From: a virus
Taxonomy: Duplodnaviria > Caudoviricetes
Direction: 5' to 3' (one strand)
Length of the DNA: 52,536 nt
Virus record (IMG/VR): IMGVR_UViG_3300043372_000056
Location: 1 to 52,536 of that record
Shown: positions 51,242-52,536 of the stretch, piece by piece
Layout: every line of letters starts with the position of its first letter
Position numbering within the stretch: position 1 is the first letter of the stretch
Notes under the pieces: generated by a model
What the model was told of the DNA's origin: nothing
Database searches by the model: none
The model's input: only the letters and a program-made list of their open reading frames with translations
Program-made: the position numbers and the translations under genes

Positions 51242-52536
51242 TCAGATGCTACCCAAAGCCTTGGCAGTATAGATACCTGTGGCCAATTGCGACAGCGGTG
51301 ACGGGGCATAGCTGGCACCCGTGGTGCTCCCCGTGCTCGTCTGCGTTGTTGGCACAGAGGGTGCGATACCGCGTATCTGAGTGCTGAGCCAATCCAATTG
51401 CCTCTGCGGATACAGCCGCGCTTCCTCGGCCTTGGCGCGTTCAGCGTCAAAAACTCTCTGAGAGATGTTTTGCTGAGCGGCACCAGCAGACTCTAGAGCC
51501 GCCGCATCCGCCGTTCTAAGGGCCTGATTTTGGCGTGCCATCTCGCTAACATTCTGCAATGCCGACATTTGGCGTACATAATCTTGGGCTTGCGCCGCCT
51601 GGGCCTGCTGCACCGCAGACAAACCATACTGTTGCTGAGCCTGACCGGCAGACGTCTGCATCTGGCCAATGTTTGCAAGAGTTTGCATCTGCTGACCGGT
51701 AAGCTGGCCGGATGTCTGACCCAAATTGGTGAGGGCTTGTATTTGCTGACCGGTAAGCTGTCCGGTGGTTTGGCCGAGATTTGCAAAAATATTGGCCTGC
51801 TGGCCTGTAAGCTGGCCAGCGGTTTGGCCGACATTGGCGAGGTTTTGCGCCTGCTGAGCAGTAAGCTGACCGGATGTTTGACCAATGTTGGCGAGGCTCT
51901 GCGCTTGCTGAGCCGTAAGCTGACCGGTCGATTGACCCATGTTGATAAGATTTTGCGCTTGCTGGCCGGTAAGCTGGCCAGACGTCTGGCCAATGTTGGC
52001 AAGGCTCTGAGCTTGTTGAGCAGTAAGCTGGCCGGAGGTTTGCCCCAAGTTGGCAAGATTTTGCGCTTGTTGCGCGGTAATTTGGCTAGATGTCTGACCG
52101 ATGTTGGCAAGGGTTTGCGCCTGCTGAGCGGTTAGCTGACCAGAAGACTGACCCATGTTGATAAGATTTTGTGCTTCTTGATTAGTAAGCTGTCCTGCTG
52201 ACTGACCGAGGTTGGTAAGAGCTTGCATCTGCTGGTTGGTAAGCTGACCATAAGTCTGACCAATGTTAGTCAGATTTTGCATTTGCTGATTTGTAAGCTG
52301 GCCGGTGGTCTGACCCAAGTTGGTAAGAGCCTGCAACTGCTGAGCTGTGAGCTGACCCGTGGTCTGGCCCAAGTTGGTAAGAGCTTGCATCTGCTGGCCA
52401 GTGAGCTGGCCGGCGGTCTGGCCAAGGTTACCGTACTGGGCACCACCCTGAAGAACGCGCGACAAGTCTGCGCCGCTGATGCTGCCCACGGTGCCAGCCA
52501 ACTGAGCCTGCCGCGCCAGATCGGCTTGGGCGGCGC
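51242..52536 (-). CDS. 3' part of the ~888-aa repeat-rich ejection/DNA-pilot protein (start at 1555)
   Basis: Frame continuous through the terminal overlap; Gln-rich repeats; ends YPQRQLDWL...PSPLSQLATG. Confidence 0.85.
   Translation of the reverse strand, partial: AAQADLARQAQLAGTVGSISGADLSRVLQGGAQYGNLGQTAGQLTGQQMQALTNLGQTTGQLTAQQLQALTNLGQTTGQLTNQQMQNLTNIGQTYGQLTNQQMQALTNLGQSAGQLTNQEAQNLINMGQSSGQLTAQQAQTLANIGQTSSQITAQQAQNLANLGQTSGQLTAQQAQSLANIGQTSGQLTGQQAQNLINMGQSTGQLTAQQAQSLANIGQTSGQLTAQQAQNLANVGQTAGQLTGQQANIFANLGQTTGQLTGQQIQALTNLGQTSGQLTGQQMQTLANIGQMQTSAGQAQQQYGLSAVQQAQAAQAQDYVRQMSALQNVSEMARQNQALRTADAAALESAGAAQQNISQRVFDAERAKAEEARLYPQRQLDWLSTQIRGIAPSVPTTQTSTGSTTGASYAPSPLSQLATGIYTAKALGSI
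51660..52437 (-). repeat. ~14 degenerate 54-bp (18-aa) coding tandem repeats, consensus LxNLGQTxGQLTxQQxQx
   Basis: Read directly from the ORF translation. Confidence 0.92.
52354..52536. repeat. Terminal direct repeat, right copy
   Basis: Matches 1-183 with one mismatch. Confidence 0.95.

Noticed and set aside
1-52536. tRNA/rRNA genes or stop-codon reassignment
   Set aside because: No cloverleaf was seen in the few intergenic gaps, and genes tile densely under the standard code. A tRNAscan-SE run would confirm.

Overview
This window looks like a complete, circularly closed genome of about 52.35 kb from a tailed dsDNA phage. Bases 1-183 repeat at 52354-52536 with one synonymous mismatch. Gene content suggests a podovirus-like, apparently lytic phage, and weak cues point to an alphaproteobacterial host. 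The minus strand (30958 down to 1, wrapping to 47716) carries morphogenesis: terS; terL with a class-3-type LAGLIDADG intein; a 1318-aa multidomain protein; portal; GroES; scaffold; a Mu-gpT-like capsid; adaptors, fibres and a nozzle; a lysis cassette; and ejection-type proteins, including an 888-aa double-repeat protein split by the window ends. The plus strand (31584-47713) carries early accessory genes, a truncated beta-clamp, a metallophosphoesterase and a replication module (SF2 helicase, primase-polymerase/AAA, family B polymerase, AAA_24 ATPase, SSB, Cas4-like nuclease, RuvC). The best candidate for an undescribed system is a [YFM]-x-x-G-G peptide tag, mostly [YM]A[KEQRM]GG, seen about 15 times across four late proteins. 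It marks the domain borders of a transglycosylase / glycosylase-like / ART-like polyprotein, and it precedes two paralogous D-x3-A-x5-E domains that could be the processing enzyme. Also notable are a pseudoknotted RNA element after the capsid gene, twin covarying RBS hairpins, an iteron-like repeat cluster, and reused gene-junction sequences. I found no tRNA, CRISPR array, integrase or DGR. All family calls come from motif recognition by eye, not database searches.
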